From assembly GCA_016194455.1 (NCBI GenBank), contig JACQBN010000018.1, forward strand, positions 10,669 to 74,668: a DNA stretch of 64,000 bases, given 5' to 3'. Source of the stretch: Candidatus Kaiserbacteria bacterium (GTDB lineage Bacteria; Patescibacteriota; Minisyncoccia; Phycocordibacterales; Phycocordibacteraceae). How positions within the stretch are numbered: position 1 is the stretch's first letter; each line of letters starts with the position of its first letter. Positions 18,035 to 27,739 of this stretch are shown here, piece by piece. The notes below the pieces were generated by a model. The model was not told the DNA's origin. It saw only the letters and a list, made by a program, of their open reading frames with translations, and made no database searches. A program made the position numbers and the translations under genes.

Positions 18035-19159
18035 ATGGAACCGCTTGCCTCGAGGATACGGCCGACAACCATTGCGGATATGGTGGGGCAAGAGCATCTC
18101 GTCGGAGAAGGGAAGCCCCTCCGGGTCGCTATAGAGAAGAAGCATAAATTCTCATTCATACTCTGGGGGCCGCCGGGCTCGGGCAAGACGACACTCGCGC
18201 GTATTTACGCGCGGGCGTTGGACGCTGAGCTTTTTGAACTCTCCGCTGTCTCGGCGGGCAAGGACGACATCAAGAAGATAGTTGCGGCGAAGACAAAAAA
18301 AGACAAAGTGCTCTTCCTCGATGAGATACATCGCTTCAACAAGGCCCAGCAGGACTTCTTACTACCCTTTGTGGAAAGTGGCGAGCTCACCTTGATCGGC
18401 GCAACGACCGAGAACCCTTCTTTTGAAGTCATCGCGCCTCTCCTGTCGCGCTGCCGCGTCTTCGTGCTCGAGCCACTTTCGGAGGAGGCGCTTCGCGCTA
18501 TCGTAAAACGCACGAAGCTGAAAGTGGACGAGAAAGCGTTTGACTGGTTACTCGGCTACAGCAACGGCGACGCCCGGAAGGCACTTGGGATGCTCGAGGG
18601 CGCAGAGAGTTTGTATGGCAAAGTCACAGTTGCGACGCTAAACAGCGCGCTTGAGTCGCCGCACCTGCGCTACGACAAGAAAGGTGAGGAGCATTACGAC
18701 ACCATCAGTGCGTTTATTAAGAGCATGCGCGCGTCGCAGGCGGACGCTGCGCTCTACTATCTCGCGCGGATGGTCGCAGCAGGGGAAGATCCGCTTTTCA
18801 TCGCGCGCAGAATGGTCGTCTTCGCTTCCGAAGACATCGGACTCGCCCAACCCACCGCCCTCGTGGTCGCGAATGCCGTCTTCAGAGCGTGCGAGACGAT
18901 TGGCTACCCCGAGTGTGCTATCAACCTCGCGCACGGCGTCGCGTACCTTGCGCAAGCGAAAAAGAACCGCTCCGCCTACGACGCTCTGCGCGCCGCGCAG
19001 GCAGACGTGCAGGCGTCGGGCAATCTCCCCGTCCCGAAAAAACTCCGTAACCCAGAGACAAAACTCATGAAAGACCTCGGCTACGGTACCGGCTATCAAA
19101 AATATGACCAAGAATCCTATTTGCCCGACAAGCTCACAAAGAAAAAATACTTGAAATAA
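18035..19159 (+). CDS. rarA: replication-associated recombination protein A (RarA/MgsA AAA+ ATPase)
   Basis: Walker A WGPPGSGKTTLA, Walker B LFLDEIHRFNK, MgsA C-terminal helical domain. Confidence 0.85.
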   Translation: MEPLASRIRPTTIADMVGQEHLVGEGKPLRVAIEKKHKFSFILWGPPGSGKTTLARIYARALDAELFELSAVSAGKDDIKKIVAAKTKKDKVLFLDEIHRFNKAQQDFLLPFVESGELTLIGATTENPSFEVIAPLLSRCRVFVLEPLSEEALRAIVKRTKLKVDEKAFDWLLGYSNGDARKALGMLEGAESLYGKVTVATLNSALESPHLRYDKKGEEHYDTISAFIKSMRASQADAALYYLARMVAAGEDPLFIARRMVVFASEDIGLAQPTALVVANAVFRACETIGYPECAINLAHGVAYLAQAKKNRSAYDALRAAQADVQASGNLPVPKKLRNPETKLMKDLGYGTGYQKYDQESYLPDKLTKKKYLK

Positions 19160-19672
19160 CTAACGAGCGGCAAGGCGCTCGAGAATCGCGGACTCGTCCA
19201 CGTCGTCGCGGGCGAAGCGCTCCCGCTGCGTCTTCATAATCGGAATCAAGAAGTCAGCGCTCTGCCACTCAAGAATACTCTGGCCCTCCGCGTCGCTCAT
19301 ATCGCGTCTGACACCGGCGTCCTTCTCGTAGGTGCAGAGGAAGTAGAGCGTCGTTTTTTCAAAAGGGAAGCGTTCGCCGGGCGTCCGTTCGTCGTAGGGC
19401 GTGGAAATGATAGCGCCGAGGTAGTCGTCGAGGGTGGCCACAGCGTTGAACTCCTCAGCGAGCCCGCGCGCGAGCGCGGCTTCGAGCGTTTCGTTCGGCT
19501 CCAGCGTCTCGCGCATAAGAATATATAAGTCGGTAACACCGATGCTCTTCCAGAAGCCCTTCGTGACGTCCTTGGGGAAGTGGTGGACCCTGATGAGGCT
19601 ATCGGCGTTCCTCATCACGGCGCCTACCGAGATATGCTGCGGGTGTTCCTTGCCGCCCTGGAAGTAGTTCAT
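19160..19672 (-). CDS. NUDIX hydrolase
   Basis: Nudix box E-x7-RGLAEEFN. Confidence 0.65.
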   Translation of the reverse strand: MNYFQGGKEHPQHISVGAVMRNADSLIRVHHFPKDVTKGFWKSIGVTDLYILMRETLEPNETLEAALARGLAEEFNAVATLDDYLGAIISTPYDERTPGERFPFEKTTLYFLCTYEKDAGVRRDMSDAEGQSILEWQSADFLIPIMKTQRERFARDDVDESAILERLAAR

Positions 19673-19731
19673 ACGGTAATCATAGCAAACAGCGCGGCGC
19701 CCCTGGCGCCGCGCTGTTTTTGAGCACCAAA

Positions 19732-20004
19732 TTACTTGACTGCGTCTTTGAGCGCTTTGGCCGCGCGGAACTTGGCCGTGCGGCTTGCTGCGATGTGGAT
19801 CGTCTCGCCGGTGCGGGGGTTCCTGCCCTCGCGCGCAGGGCGCGCCTTGGTAACGAAGATGCCGAGGCCGGCGATCGAGACCTCGTCGCCTGACTTGAGC
19901 CCCTTCGTGATGCTCTCGATCATCGTCTCGACTGCGCGCTCCGCGTCGGCCTTGGTGGAGCCGAGCACTTCCTGCACCTTCCCCGCGATATCTGCTTTGT
20001 TCAT
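19732..20004 (-). CDS. hup: DNA-binding protein HU
   Basis: MNKADIAGKV...GLGIF..RPAREGRNPRTGE...AKFRA, 90 aa. Confidence 0.9.
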   Translation of the reverse strand: MNKADIAGKVQEVLGSTKADAERAVETMIESITKGLKSGDEVSIAGLGIFVTKARPAREGRNPRTGETIHIAASRTAKFRAAKALKDAVK

Positions 20005-20107
20005 GAATATCGGCTAATTGCTAATCCCGCGGCCTGTGCGGAGCGGGGCAACAGAAAGTATAGGAAATGCGCCGTTTTACGCAATGGGGGTGTGGATAAC
20101 GCAAAAA

Positions 20108-21616
20108 TCAGCGCGCAAACTCAACGACGCGGTTCTCGCGAATGATATTTACCTTGATTTCTCCTGGGTACTTAAGCTCTTGCTGGATCCGCTCGGCAAT
20201 CGCCCGCGCCATCTTGTGCATCGCGAGATCGGAGACCTTGCCGGGGTTCACGAAGATCCGCAGCTCGCGCCCGGCCGAAATGGCGTAGACCTTCTCCACC
20301 CCCTCGAAGGCTTTCGCGAGGCGTTCAAGGTCCCCGAGGCGCTCTAGATAGCGCTCAACGGTATCGCGCCGGGCACCCGGTCTTCCAGCTGAGATGGCGT
20401 CCGCGACCTGGACGATGACCGACTCTGGCGTTTCATAGGGATACTCCTCGTGATGCGACTGCATCGCCTGGATGATCCGCTTGTCGACGCCGAACTTCTC
20501 CAAAATGCGCCGCCCTATTTCCACATGCGTGCCCTGGACCTCGTGATCCACCGCCTTGCCGATGTCGTGGAGGAGGGCGCCGGTGCGCGCGACGAGCGGG
20601 TCGGCTCCCAGCTCGGTCGCGAGCATGCCGGCGAGGTGTGCCATTTCGATCGAGTGCTGGAGCACGTTCTGGCCGTAGCTGGTGCGGAAGTGGAGACGGC
20701 CGAGAAGCGCGATTAACTTCGGGTCAAGCCCAACGACGCCGGCCTCGTACGCGGCGGCTTCACCCTTCTGCCGCACGATCTCAGCGACATCGGCACGCGT
20801 CTTCTCCACGACTTCTTCAATCCGTGCGGGCTGGATGCGGCCGTCGAGGATGAGCTGCTCGAGCGCAAGTTTTGCAATGTGGCGGCGCAAGGGATCAAAA
20901 GAGGAGAGTGTGATCTTGTCCGGCGAATCATCAATGAGGACATCCACGCCGGTGACGCGCTCAAAGGCTTTGATATTGCGGCCCTCCTTGCCGATAATCT
21001 TTCCTTTCATCTCTTCCGAGGGGATGGCGACTGCAAGCGACAGTGTCTCGGCGTTGACCGGATTCCCCAACCGATGGATCGCGCTCGTGAGAATGCTGCG
21101 GGCCTTTTCCTCGAGCCGCTCGCGGCCGTGGGCCTCGAGCTTCTGGAGCCGCGACAGAATTGCCTCTTCGTGGGCGATCTCGACCTCCTTCATCAGCTCT
21201 CCATACGCCTTGTCTGCCGAGATATTCGCAATCTTCCCGAGCTCCTTGGTGCGCTCTTCAATGAGTCGCGAGGCGCGGGCCTCACGCGTTTTGATCTCAT
21301 TTTCCTTGGCGTCGAGATCCCGCTGGCGCGCGTCCAGATATTCCTCACGCGAAGCGAGGCGCTCCTCGGTCTTACTCACCTTCTCTTCCCGTTCCTCGAG
21401 AGGCGCGAGGCGCTCGGTCTCGATGACTTCCCCACGATACGTTGCCTCGGCGACAATTTTATTCGCCGCCTCCTTGGCCTGGAGCAGCTTTTGTTTGATC
21501 TCCAACTCCAAAGAGCCTCGCTGGGCGAGGCCGATCAAAACGCGCAGCACATACCCAAGCGCGATGCCGCCGGCGCCCGAGAGCGCAAGCAGTATGAGAA
21601 CGATTTTGAGTGACAT
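20108..21616 (-). CDS. rny: ribonuclease Y
   Basis: N-terminal TM, coiled-coil, KH domain, HD domain (LLHDIGKAVDHE). Confidence 0.9.
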   Translation of the reverse strand: MSLKIVLILLALSGAGGIALGYVLRVLIGLAQRGSLELEIKQKLLQAKEAANKIVAEATYRGEVIETERLAPLEEREEKVSKTEERLASREEYLDARQRDLDAKENEIKTREARASRLIEERTKELGKIANISADKAYGELMKEVEIAHEEAILSRLQKLEAHGRERLEEKARSILTSAIHRLGNPVNAETLSLAVAIPSEEMKGKIIGKEGRNIKAFERVTGVDVLIDDSPDKITLSSFDPLRRHIAKLALEQLILDGRIQPARIEEVVEKTRADVAEIVRQKGEAAAYEAGVVGLDPKLIALLGRLHFRTSYGQNVLQHSIEMAHLAGMLATELGADPLVARTGALLHDIGKAVDHEVQGTHVEIGRRILEKFGVDKRIIQAMQSHHEEYPYETPESVIVQVADAISAGRPGARRDTVERYLERLGDLERLAKAFEGVEKVYAISAGRELRIFVNPGKVSDLAMHKMARAIAERIQQELKYPGEIKVNIIRENRVVEFAR

Positions 21617-21744
21617 ACGCCCGTTTCGTTAGCCCGCTCCGAGCTATCGGGAGCGAGAACAAGGTCTAAAAGAAAGGAAGAGTGGTGGGGCGATCGTGTC
21701 AGCCAATCAGTGGAGCGGTATGAAGGAAATGTACCACAAACAGA

Positions 21745-22347
21745 CTACTTATACACCTGGTCGACGATGCCGTATTTCTTGGCGTCCTCGGCCGTCATGA
21801 AATAGTCGCGATCCACGTCCTTAGCGATCTTCTCGAGCGGCTGGCCCGTCGTCTTGGCGAGAATACGGTTGGTGCGGTCGCGCTGCGCAAGGATGTGTTT
21901 GGCACTTATTTCAATGTCGGAGGCCTGGCCCTCTGCGCCGCCGTGGGGCTGATGAATCATGACCTCCGCGTGGGGGAGCGCGAAGCGCTTCCCCTTCGCG
22001 CCCGACGCAAGAATGACGGAACCCATCGAGGCCGCCATACCCACACAGACCGTTACAATGTCCGGTTTCACGTGGTTCATGCTGTCGACAATTGCGAGCC
22101 CGGAATGGATGTAGCCACCGGGAGAGTTGATGTAGAGCGAAATATCTTTCTTCGGGTCTTCGGACTCGAGGAAGAGGAGCTGGGCAATAACGAGGTTCGC
22201 GACGCCGTCGTCGATCGGGCCGCCCAGAAATATGACGCGATCCTTCAGGAGGCGAGAATAAATGTCGTACGCGCGCTCGCCGAACTGGCTCTTTTCAAGC
22301 ACCATCGGGATGAGCATGTTGGCACGGGGTTCTGTTTTCGTATTCAT
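21745..22347 (-). CDS. clpP: ATP-dependent Clp protease proteolytic subunit
   Basis: Track ORF trimmed to [16 protein letters not shown]... Catalytic Ser in GMAASMG, His in MIHQPHGG. Confidence 0.9.
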   Translation of the reverse strand: MNTKTEPRANMLIPMVLEKSQFGERAYDIYSRLLKDRVIFLGGPIDDGVANLVIAQLLFLESEDPKKDISLYINSPGGYIHSGLAIVDSMNHVKPDIVTVCVGMAASMGSVILASGAKGKRFALPHAEVMIHQPHGGAEGQASDIEISAKHILAQRDRTNRILAKTTGQPLEKIAKDVDRDYFMTAEDAKKYGIVDQVYK

Positions 22348-22420
22348 AGATGCGAAGAGTGTAGCAAAGAAATCCGCGGAGTCAAAGAAAACGCGGCGCA
22401 AAGCGCCGCAGTTCGTTGTA

Positions 22421-22717
22421 TCAACAGTGCGCGTGGGGGGCGAGGCGTTCCTTGAGTTTCTTTTGGGCACGGCGGCGCTCGTATCCCCGGCCGAGCTCGA
22501 AAGATTTTTTGGCAATCGCATTCAGCTCGCGAGCCAAATCATCATTGCCGAATAGCTTCCAGATTGCTTCAAAATATTCCACATCCACGGGGATTTTCGT
22601 CATCCGGGCCACAGGACCCCCATTGTATTCCTTGGGAGGATACGGGAACACGATAATTCTAGCGATGCCTCCCTCGTGCTCTCGGTCTTCAGTGAGAACG
22701 ACTGTCCACTTCGGCAT
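22421..22717 (-). CDS. hypothetical protein
   Basis: ORF in the clpP-nusA spacer. No motif. Confidence 0.3.
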   Translation of the reverse strand: MPKWTVVLTEDREHEGGIARIIVFPYPPKEYNGGPVARMTKIPVDVEYFEAIWKLFGNDDLARELNAIAKKSFELGRGYERRRAQKKLKERLAPHAHC

Positions 22718-22784
22718 TGGTTTCTCCCTTGTGCCGTTCCAGAGACACCCTACGCCCGCGCGTGCCGCGAGTCAAATATTCAAA

Positions 22785-22967
22785 CTAATACGTCGTGGTG
22801 GTTGCGGAGGGAAGCGGAGTGATTGCACGCTCTTGCGCAATCCGCTTGCCCCAGGCATAAAAGGCGCCGATCGTGATCATCAAAACGATGATCACGATAG
22901 AAATGATGACTCCCCAGGACTGTTGCTTGGAGGTGGGCATCGGCGGCAAGGGGAGCGGAGCATCCAT
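22785..22967 (-). CDS. hypothetical small TM protein
   Basis: 60 aa with one hydrophobic helix, lies just downstream of nusA. Confidence 0.25.
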   Translation of the reverse strand: MDAPLPLPPMPTSKQQSWGVIISIVIIVLMITIGAFYAWGKRIAQERAITPLPSATTTTY

Positions 22968-22978
22968 GGGGGCTTATT

Positions 22979-24361
22979 TTACTCGTCTTCTGCGGACTTG
23001 TCGCGCGACTCTTCCTTATCAACGATGGAGTTGTCTTCGCTCGCGGTGAGCTCCTCCTCGGCGGAGAGTTCGGTGATCTCTTTGGGCGCCTCGGCTGGGA
23101 CGGTGTCCTCACTCTCGGCGGGCATCACGCCCGCCTCCTTCGCGAGCGCATCGGGATCGGCGGCCTCGGCAACCGCGGCGGGTTCGTCGGGTACGGTGAC
23201 TGCTTCCCCGTCGCTCTCGGCGATCTCGCTGCCGCCGGTGGAAACGATGTCGATGTTCCAGCCCGTGAGCTTCGCGGCAAGGCGGACGTTCTGCCCGCCC
23301 CGCCCGATCGCGAGCGATTGCTCGTCCTCCGAAACGGTCACTACTGCGAGATGATCCTTCTCATTGAGCTCCACCGAGAGCGGGGTCGCGGGCGAGAGTG
23401 CTTCTTTAATAAAGTCCTTCTGGTCCTCGGACCACTCAATAATATCAATGCGCTCGCCGCCGAGCTCGCTCATCACGGTGGAGACCCGCACGCCGCGCTG
23501 GCCCACCAGGGAGCCGACCGGATCCACATGCGGATCGAGCGAGGCGACCGTTATCTTGGTGCGGCTGCCGGGCTCGCGCGCGATGCCCTTGACCTCGAGA
23601 CTTCCTGCGGCGAGCTCGGGTGCCTCCTGTTCAAAAAGCTTCACGACGAACTTCGGGTGCGCACGCGAGAGTCGCAGGTAGACCCCGCGGAACCCTTCTT
23701 CAACATTGTAGAGATATGCCCGGATGCGCTCGCCGGGCCGGTAGCGCTCGCCGGGGATCTGCTCCTCGTAGGGGATGAGGCCAGTCGCCCTCCCAAGGTC
23801 GACAAAGATCGCGCCGCGCTCCATGCGCTGCACGATGCCGCTCACGATCTGCCCTTTCTTCTCGCCGAACTCTTCGAGCATCGAGAGTTTCTCTGCCTCG
23901 CGGACTTTCTGGATCACCGTCTGCTTCGCGGTCTGCGCCGCGATACGGCCGAAGTCCTCCTGCGGCTCCAGGGGAAAGACGATTTCGTCACCTAAGGCGG
24001 CGCCGCGCTTCATCAGCTTGGCATCAGCGAGGAGAATGTGCTTCTCCGGGTCAAAGCGCGGGAGCTGTCCTTCCTCTACGACCTCCTCTTCGTGGAAGTG
24101 GTGTGGGTGCGTATCGGGAACTTCCTCGCCCTCCTCGGGGAAACGCACAGTGGTCTCGTCGACGACGGTCTTCACCTGTTCGAAGGAGACGGTGCCGGTG
24201 TTGAGGTCAAGCTTGGAGCGAATAATCTGTCCGCGCTTGCCGTACTCCCTCTTGTACGCGCTCGCCATCGCGCTCTCGATGGCGCTCACCATGGTGATGC
24301 GGCTGATGCCGCGGTCCTCAAACTCTCCGAGCACTGCGTTGATGGTCTTGAGGTCTAACAT
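22979..24361 (-). CDS. nusA: transcription termination/antitermination factor NusA (acidic C-terminal tail)
   Basis: Start trimmed to MLDLKTINAVLGEFEDRGI. NusA N-domain, S1 and two KH domains. Asp/Glu-rich C-terminus. Confidence 0.9.
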   Translation of the reverse strand: MLDLKTINAVLGEFEDRGISRITMVSAIESAMASAYKREYGKRGQIIRSKLDLNTGTVSFEQVKTVVDETTVRFPEEGEEVPDTHPHHFHEEEVVEEGQLPRFDPEKHILLADAKLMKRGAALGDEIVFPLEPQEDFGRIAAQTAKQTVIQKVREAEKLSMLEEFGEKKGQIVSGIVQRMERGAIFVDLGRATGLIPYEEQIPGERYRPGERIRAYLYNVEEGFRGVYLRLSRAHPKFVVKLFEQEAPELAAGSLEVKGIAREPGSRTKITVASLDPHVDPVGSLVGQRGVRVSTVMSELGGERIDIIEWSEDQKDFIKEALSPATPLSVELNEKDHLAVVTVSEDEQSLAIGRGGQNVRLAAKLTGWNIDIVSTGGSEIAESDGEAVTVPDEPAAVAEAADPDALAKEAGVMPAESEDTVPAEAPKEITELSAEEELTASEDNSIVDKEESRDKSAEDE

Positions 24362-24502
24362 ATGGATTGTGTATGTCGCACTTTGGTAAAAAGAAAACCC
24401 TAGAGGGGCATTCGATAGAGGCATCGTAGCAGATGCAAGTAGTTGCGTCAAGCAGAGCCTTGGAGTAGAGTGCTCCGCGGAGCAAATAAGAAAGGGCTCG
24501 GC

Positions 24503-24970
24503 ATGGACCGCAGCAAAAGCTTTGACTATCTCAAGGTCGCAACGTATCCGTTCTGGGACGTGTATCTAAGCCGTAACCAGAACCCGTCCATCGGCACGCT
24601 CTACGCCTGGCTGAAGAGACCGGGCGACCTGCAGTACGCTACGGAGCTTGGCAAAGACGAGCTTGCAGAATTCTTCGAGTCCGTTCTTCCCAGCTGCGAG
24701 TCGGCGATTGCCGAATGTTGGAACTTCCAACGGTTGCAGCTCGCGTTACCCGAGGATCCGCGCTACCACGCGCATGCCTATTGGGTCATGGTTCCGCGCC
24801 GGGGGCGTTCGGTGAGGGTCGCCGGCTTCCTGTTCGACGAACAAGCGGTTTTCCCGCAAGGCGTCACTTATTGCCCGCGCGGTGAGCGTGTCCCGAAACA
24901 CCTTCTGCTCAAAATCCGCGATGCGTTATCGGGGAAATTTCCTCAAGAGCGGCGAATCATTCGCGGCTAA
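24503..24970 (+). CDS. HIT-like superfamily protein, paralog 1 (degenerate triad HAHAYWV)
   Basis: Shares YAWLKRPG block and overall alignment with the downstream paralog. Third His of the triad replaced by Tyr. Confidence 0.5.
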   Translation: MDRSKSFDYLKVATYPFWDVYLSRNQNPSIGTLYAWLKRPGDLQYATELGKDELAEFFESVLPSCESAIAECWNFQRLQLALPEDPRYHAHAYWVMVPRRGRSVRVAGFLFDEQAVFPQGVTYCPRGERVPKHLLLKIRDALSGKFPQERRIIRG

Positions 24971-25058
24971 GATACCTGCGGCGAGCTCACACTCGCCGCT
25001 TTTTGTTTGCGCATCTGGACCGCGGGGAGTAGACTACAGAGAGAAAGGAAGGTGTCGA

Positions 25059-25490
25059 GTGGCAACCTACGATCAGCTGAAGCTAAAGGAATATGAATAT
25101 TGGATGCTGTACCTACACGCGAATCAGGGTTATCTCGGCCGCGCCTACGCCTGGCTGAAACGCCCGGGCGCCATGCAACGGTTTGGTGGCCTCAAGTTCA
25201 AGGAACGGGACGAGCTCTGGGACCAGGTTCTCCATGAGTATGAAAACTCGGTCGGTCGGTTGTGGACACCGGAGCATATGAACTACGCATGGCTCGGGAA
25301 CGAGTTCAACACCCACTTGGGACACGGGCACTTGCATCTCATTCCTCGGTATCGCCGTGTGGTCTCCTTCGCCGGGGTTGAGTTCTCCGACGGGCAGTGG
25401 GGACATAACTACGCCCCTTATCCGAAGATCAAACTGCCAGAAGCGATCCTCTTCGCGGTTCGCGACGCGCTGAAGAAAGAGCTGAGATGA
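25059..25490 (+). CDS. HIT-like superfamily protein, paralog 2 (intact HGHLHLI triad)
   Basis: HxHxHxx motif HLGHGHLHLIP. GTG start preceded by AAGGAAGG RBS. Confidence 0.55.
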   Translation: MATYDQLKLKEYEYWMLYLHANQGYLGRAYAWLKRPGAMQRFGGLKFKERDELWDQVLHEYENSVGRLWTPEHMNYAWLGNEFNTHLGHGHLHLIPRYRRVVSFAGVEFSDGQWGHNYAPYPKIKLPEAILFAVRDALKKELR

Positions 25491-25504
25491 AACTCATGCA
25501 CACC

Positions 25505-25535
25505 GGGCGCCCTGAAGGGGCGCCCGTTTTCTTTT
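25505..25535 (+). terminator. rho-independent terminator
   Basis: GGGCGCCC-tgaa-GGGGCGCCC hairpin followed by gttttctttt. Confidence 0.5.
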
Positions 25536-25553
25536 CCGCGTTATACTCTAGCG

Positions 25554-27299
25554 ATGCATGTGTCTGAAGCAGAACTGAAAGAATTTATTATCGATTCGGG
25601 CCTGGTCGCCAAAAAAGAGATTGACGAGGCGGAGGCGCAGGCGAGGAAGAATAAGCAGCCTCTCGGCAATACACTCGTCGCGCGCGGTGCCCTGTCCGAG
25701 GACGCGCTTCGGCGGATCCAGGCCTATGTGCTTGGCATTCCCTTTGTCGACTTGAAGGAGTACCGCGTGCCTATCGACGTGCTCGCACTCATCCCGGAGC
25801 CCATCGCGCGGACGCACAATATTATTGCGTTCAAAAAGGAGAACGACTCGCTCGAGGTCGCGATGCTTGACGTGGAAGACCTCGCCTCGATTGATTCAGT
25901 ACGCAAGAAGACCGGGCTCAAGATCCTGCCACGCCTCACCGACACGGAGAGCATAAGGCATGCGCTCCTCGAATACCAGAAGTCGCTCAAGGACGAGTTT
26001 GGCGACATCATCTCTGCCGAGGCGGGGAAGATCCGCGTCGTGAATGCGGGCGGCGAGCTCTCCGGTGACGAGCTCAAGAAGATGGCGGAGGATCTGCCGA
26101 TTGTACGCATCGTGGATACGCTCCTGCGGCACGCAATTGTGCAGGGCGCTTCGGATGTTCATATGGAGCCGATGGAGACCGAGGTCCTGATCCGCTACCG
26201 CATTGACGGCATCCTCCATGATGCGATGACGCTGCCGAAGGCCGCTGCGGCGGGCATCGTCGCGCGTATCAAGGTGCTCTCCAATTTGAAACTCGACGAG
26301 AAGCGTCTGCCGCAGGACGGCCGCTTCAAGATGGAGACCGAGGCGGACAGAGTCTCCTTCCGCGTCTCGATACTCCCGACCTTCTACGGCGAGAAGGTGG
26401 TCATGCGACTCTTGCGCGAGACGGGCGAGGGCTTCACGCTCGATGCGCTCGGCTTCCATGGCGAAGGCCTTGAACGCATCCACCGTGCGCTTAAGCAGAC
26501 GACCGGCATCATTCTTATCTCGGGCCCGACCGGGAGCGGCAAGACAACGACGCTCTACACGATGCTCGATATCCTCAATACGCCTGACGTGAATATTTCT
26601 ACAATTGAAGACCCGATTGAATACCAAATGAAGCGCATCAATCAGACGCAGGTGAATCCGCAGATCGGCTTCACCTTTGCGAACGGACTCCGCTCCCTCG
26701 TGCGCCAGGATCCGGACATCGTCATGGTCGGCGAGATCCGCGATGGCGAGACGGCTTCGCTCGCGATCAATGCCGCACTCACCGGCCACCTCGTGCTCTC
26801 CACCATCCACACCAACTCGGCGGCGGGCGCGATCCCGCGCCTCATCGATATGGGTGTTGAGCCCTTCCTCCTCGTCTCTACCGTCCGGGTGGTCGTCGGC
26901 CAACGCCTGGTGCGGAAGCTCACGGAAAGCAAGAAACAGTACACGCTCTCCAAGACCGAGCGCGCAAAGGTCGCAGACGACGCAGAGTTCTCAACCGCGC
27001 TCGCGGAGCTCAAGGCCGAGAAGCTGGTGAGGGAGAACGTCGGTATCGATGCGCTGCCGTTTTATAAGCCAGCGCCCTCCGCAGACTCCGAGGACGGCTA
27101 CAAGAGTCGCATCGGCATCCACGAGATTCTCGGCGTCTCCCCCGCGATTCGCGACATCATCCTACACTCAAGCACGAGTGATGCCTTGGAGACGCAGGCG
27201 AAGAAGGAGGGCATGCTCACGATGCTCGAAGACGGCATCTACAAGGCAGCGCGCGGCATCACCTCGCTTGAGGAGGTTCTCCGCGCCGTGACGGAATAA
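25554..27299 (+). CDS. pilB: type IV pilus assembly ATPase PilB / GspE family
   Basis: GspE N-terminal domain, Walker A SGPTGSGKTTT, Asp and His boxes, Walker B IVMVGEIRD. Confidence 0.9.
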   Translation: MHVSEAELKEFIIDSGLVAKKEIDEAEAQARKNKQPLGNTLVARGALSEDALRRIQAYVLGIPFVDLKEYRVPIDVLALIPEPIARTHNIIAFKKENDSLEVAMLDVEDLASIDSVRKKTGLKILPRLTDTESIRHALLEYQKSLKDEFGDIISAEAGKIRVVNAGGELSGDELKKMAEDLPIVRIVDTLLRHAIVQGASDVHMEPMETEVLIRYRIDGILHDAMTLPKAAAAGIVARIKVLSNLKLDEKRLPQDGRFKMETEADRVSFRVSILPTFYGEKVVMRLLRETGEGFTLDALGFHGEGLERIHRALKQTTGIILISGPTGSGKTTTLYTMLDILNTPDVNISTIEDPIEYQMKRINQTQVNPQIGFTFANGLRSLVRQDPDIVMVGEIRDGETASLAINAALTGHLVLSTIHTNSAAGAIPRLIDMGVEPFLLVSTVRVVVGQRLVRKLTESKKQYTLSKTERAKVADDAEFSTALAELKAEKLVRENVGIDALPFYKPAPSADSEDGYKSRIGIHEILGVSPAIRDIILHSSTSDALETQAKKEGMLTMLEDGIYKAARGITSLEEVLRAVTE

Positions 27300-27325
27300 T
27301 TGACACGAAAAAAATTCGCAGTAGA

Positions 27326-27682
27326 GTGGTGGCGGAACACAAGTGGGAGGATGGCATGGGCATGCAGCTTGGGATCATTTACTTGCTTTTGGTGTGGCTT
27401 GTGATCGGTGACTGGCTGGGGCCCGTGAATGCATTCACGATTCTCGCCATCGGCATCGCGCTCCTCACGGCGCTCTGCGGCGGGAAGCGACTCGTCCGCA
27501 AGTTCCTCTGCTTCGTCGCGGGGGAACTGCTCGGGATCGCGCTGTGCGTCTCTTTCTATGCCGCGGTCATCGCGCGCGGGGCGGGAGCGCGCGGGGCGTT
27601 TGACGCGGCCCTCGCGCTCGCCGCGGCCGCGTGTATCATCGCACTCCCGGTCGCGTACCGGATCAAGACGCAGCCGCGGTAG
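27326..27682 (+). CDS. hypothetical small polytopic membrane protein
   Basis: 3 predicted TM helices. Sits between pilB and pilC, immediately followed by a strong terminator. Confidence 0.4.
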   Translation: MVAEHKWEDGMGMQLGIIYLLLVWLVIGDWLGPVNAFTILAIGIALLTALCGGKRLVRKFLCFVAGELLGIALCVSFYAAVIARGAGARGAFDAALALAAAACIIALPVAYRIKTQPR

Positions 27683-27720
27683 CCGCGTCCGCCAGCTGGC
27701 GGACGCGGGCTTTCTTTTTT
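27683..27720 (+). terminator. strong rho-independent terminator between pilB unit and pilC
   Basis: Perfect 11-bp stem CCGCGTCCGCC-agct-GGCGGACGCGG followed by gctttctttttt. Confidence 0.7.
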
Positions 27721-27739
27721 GCATGCTAAAATTATATCG

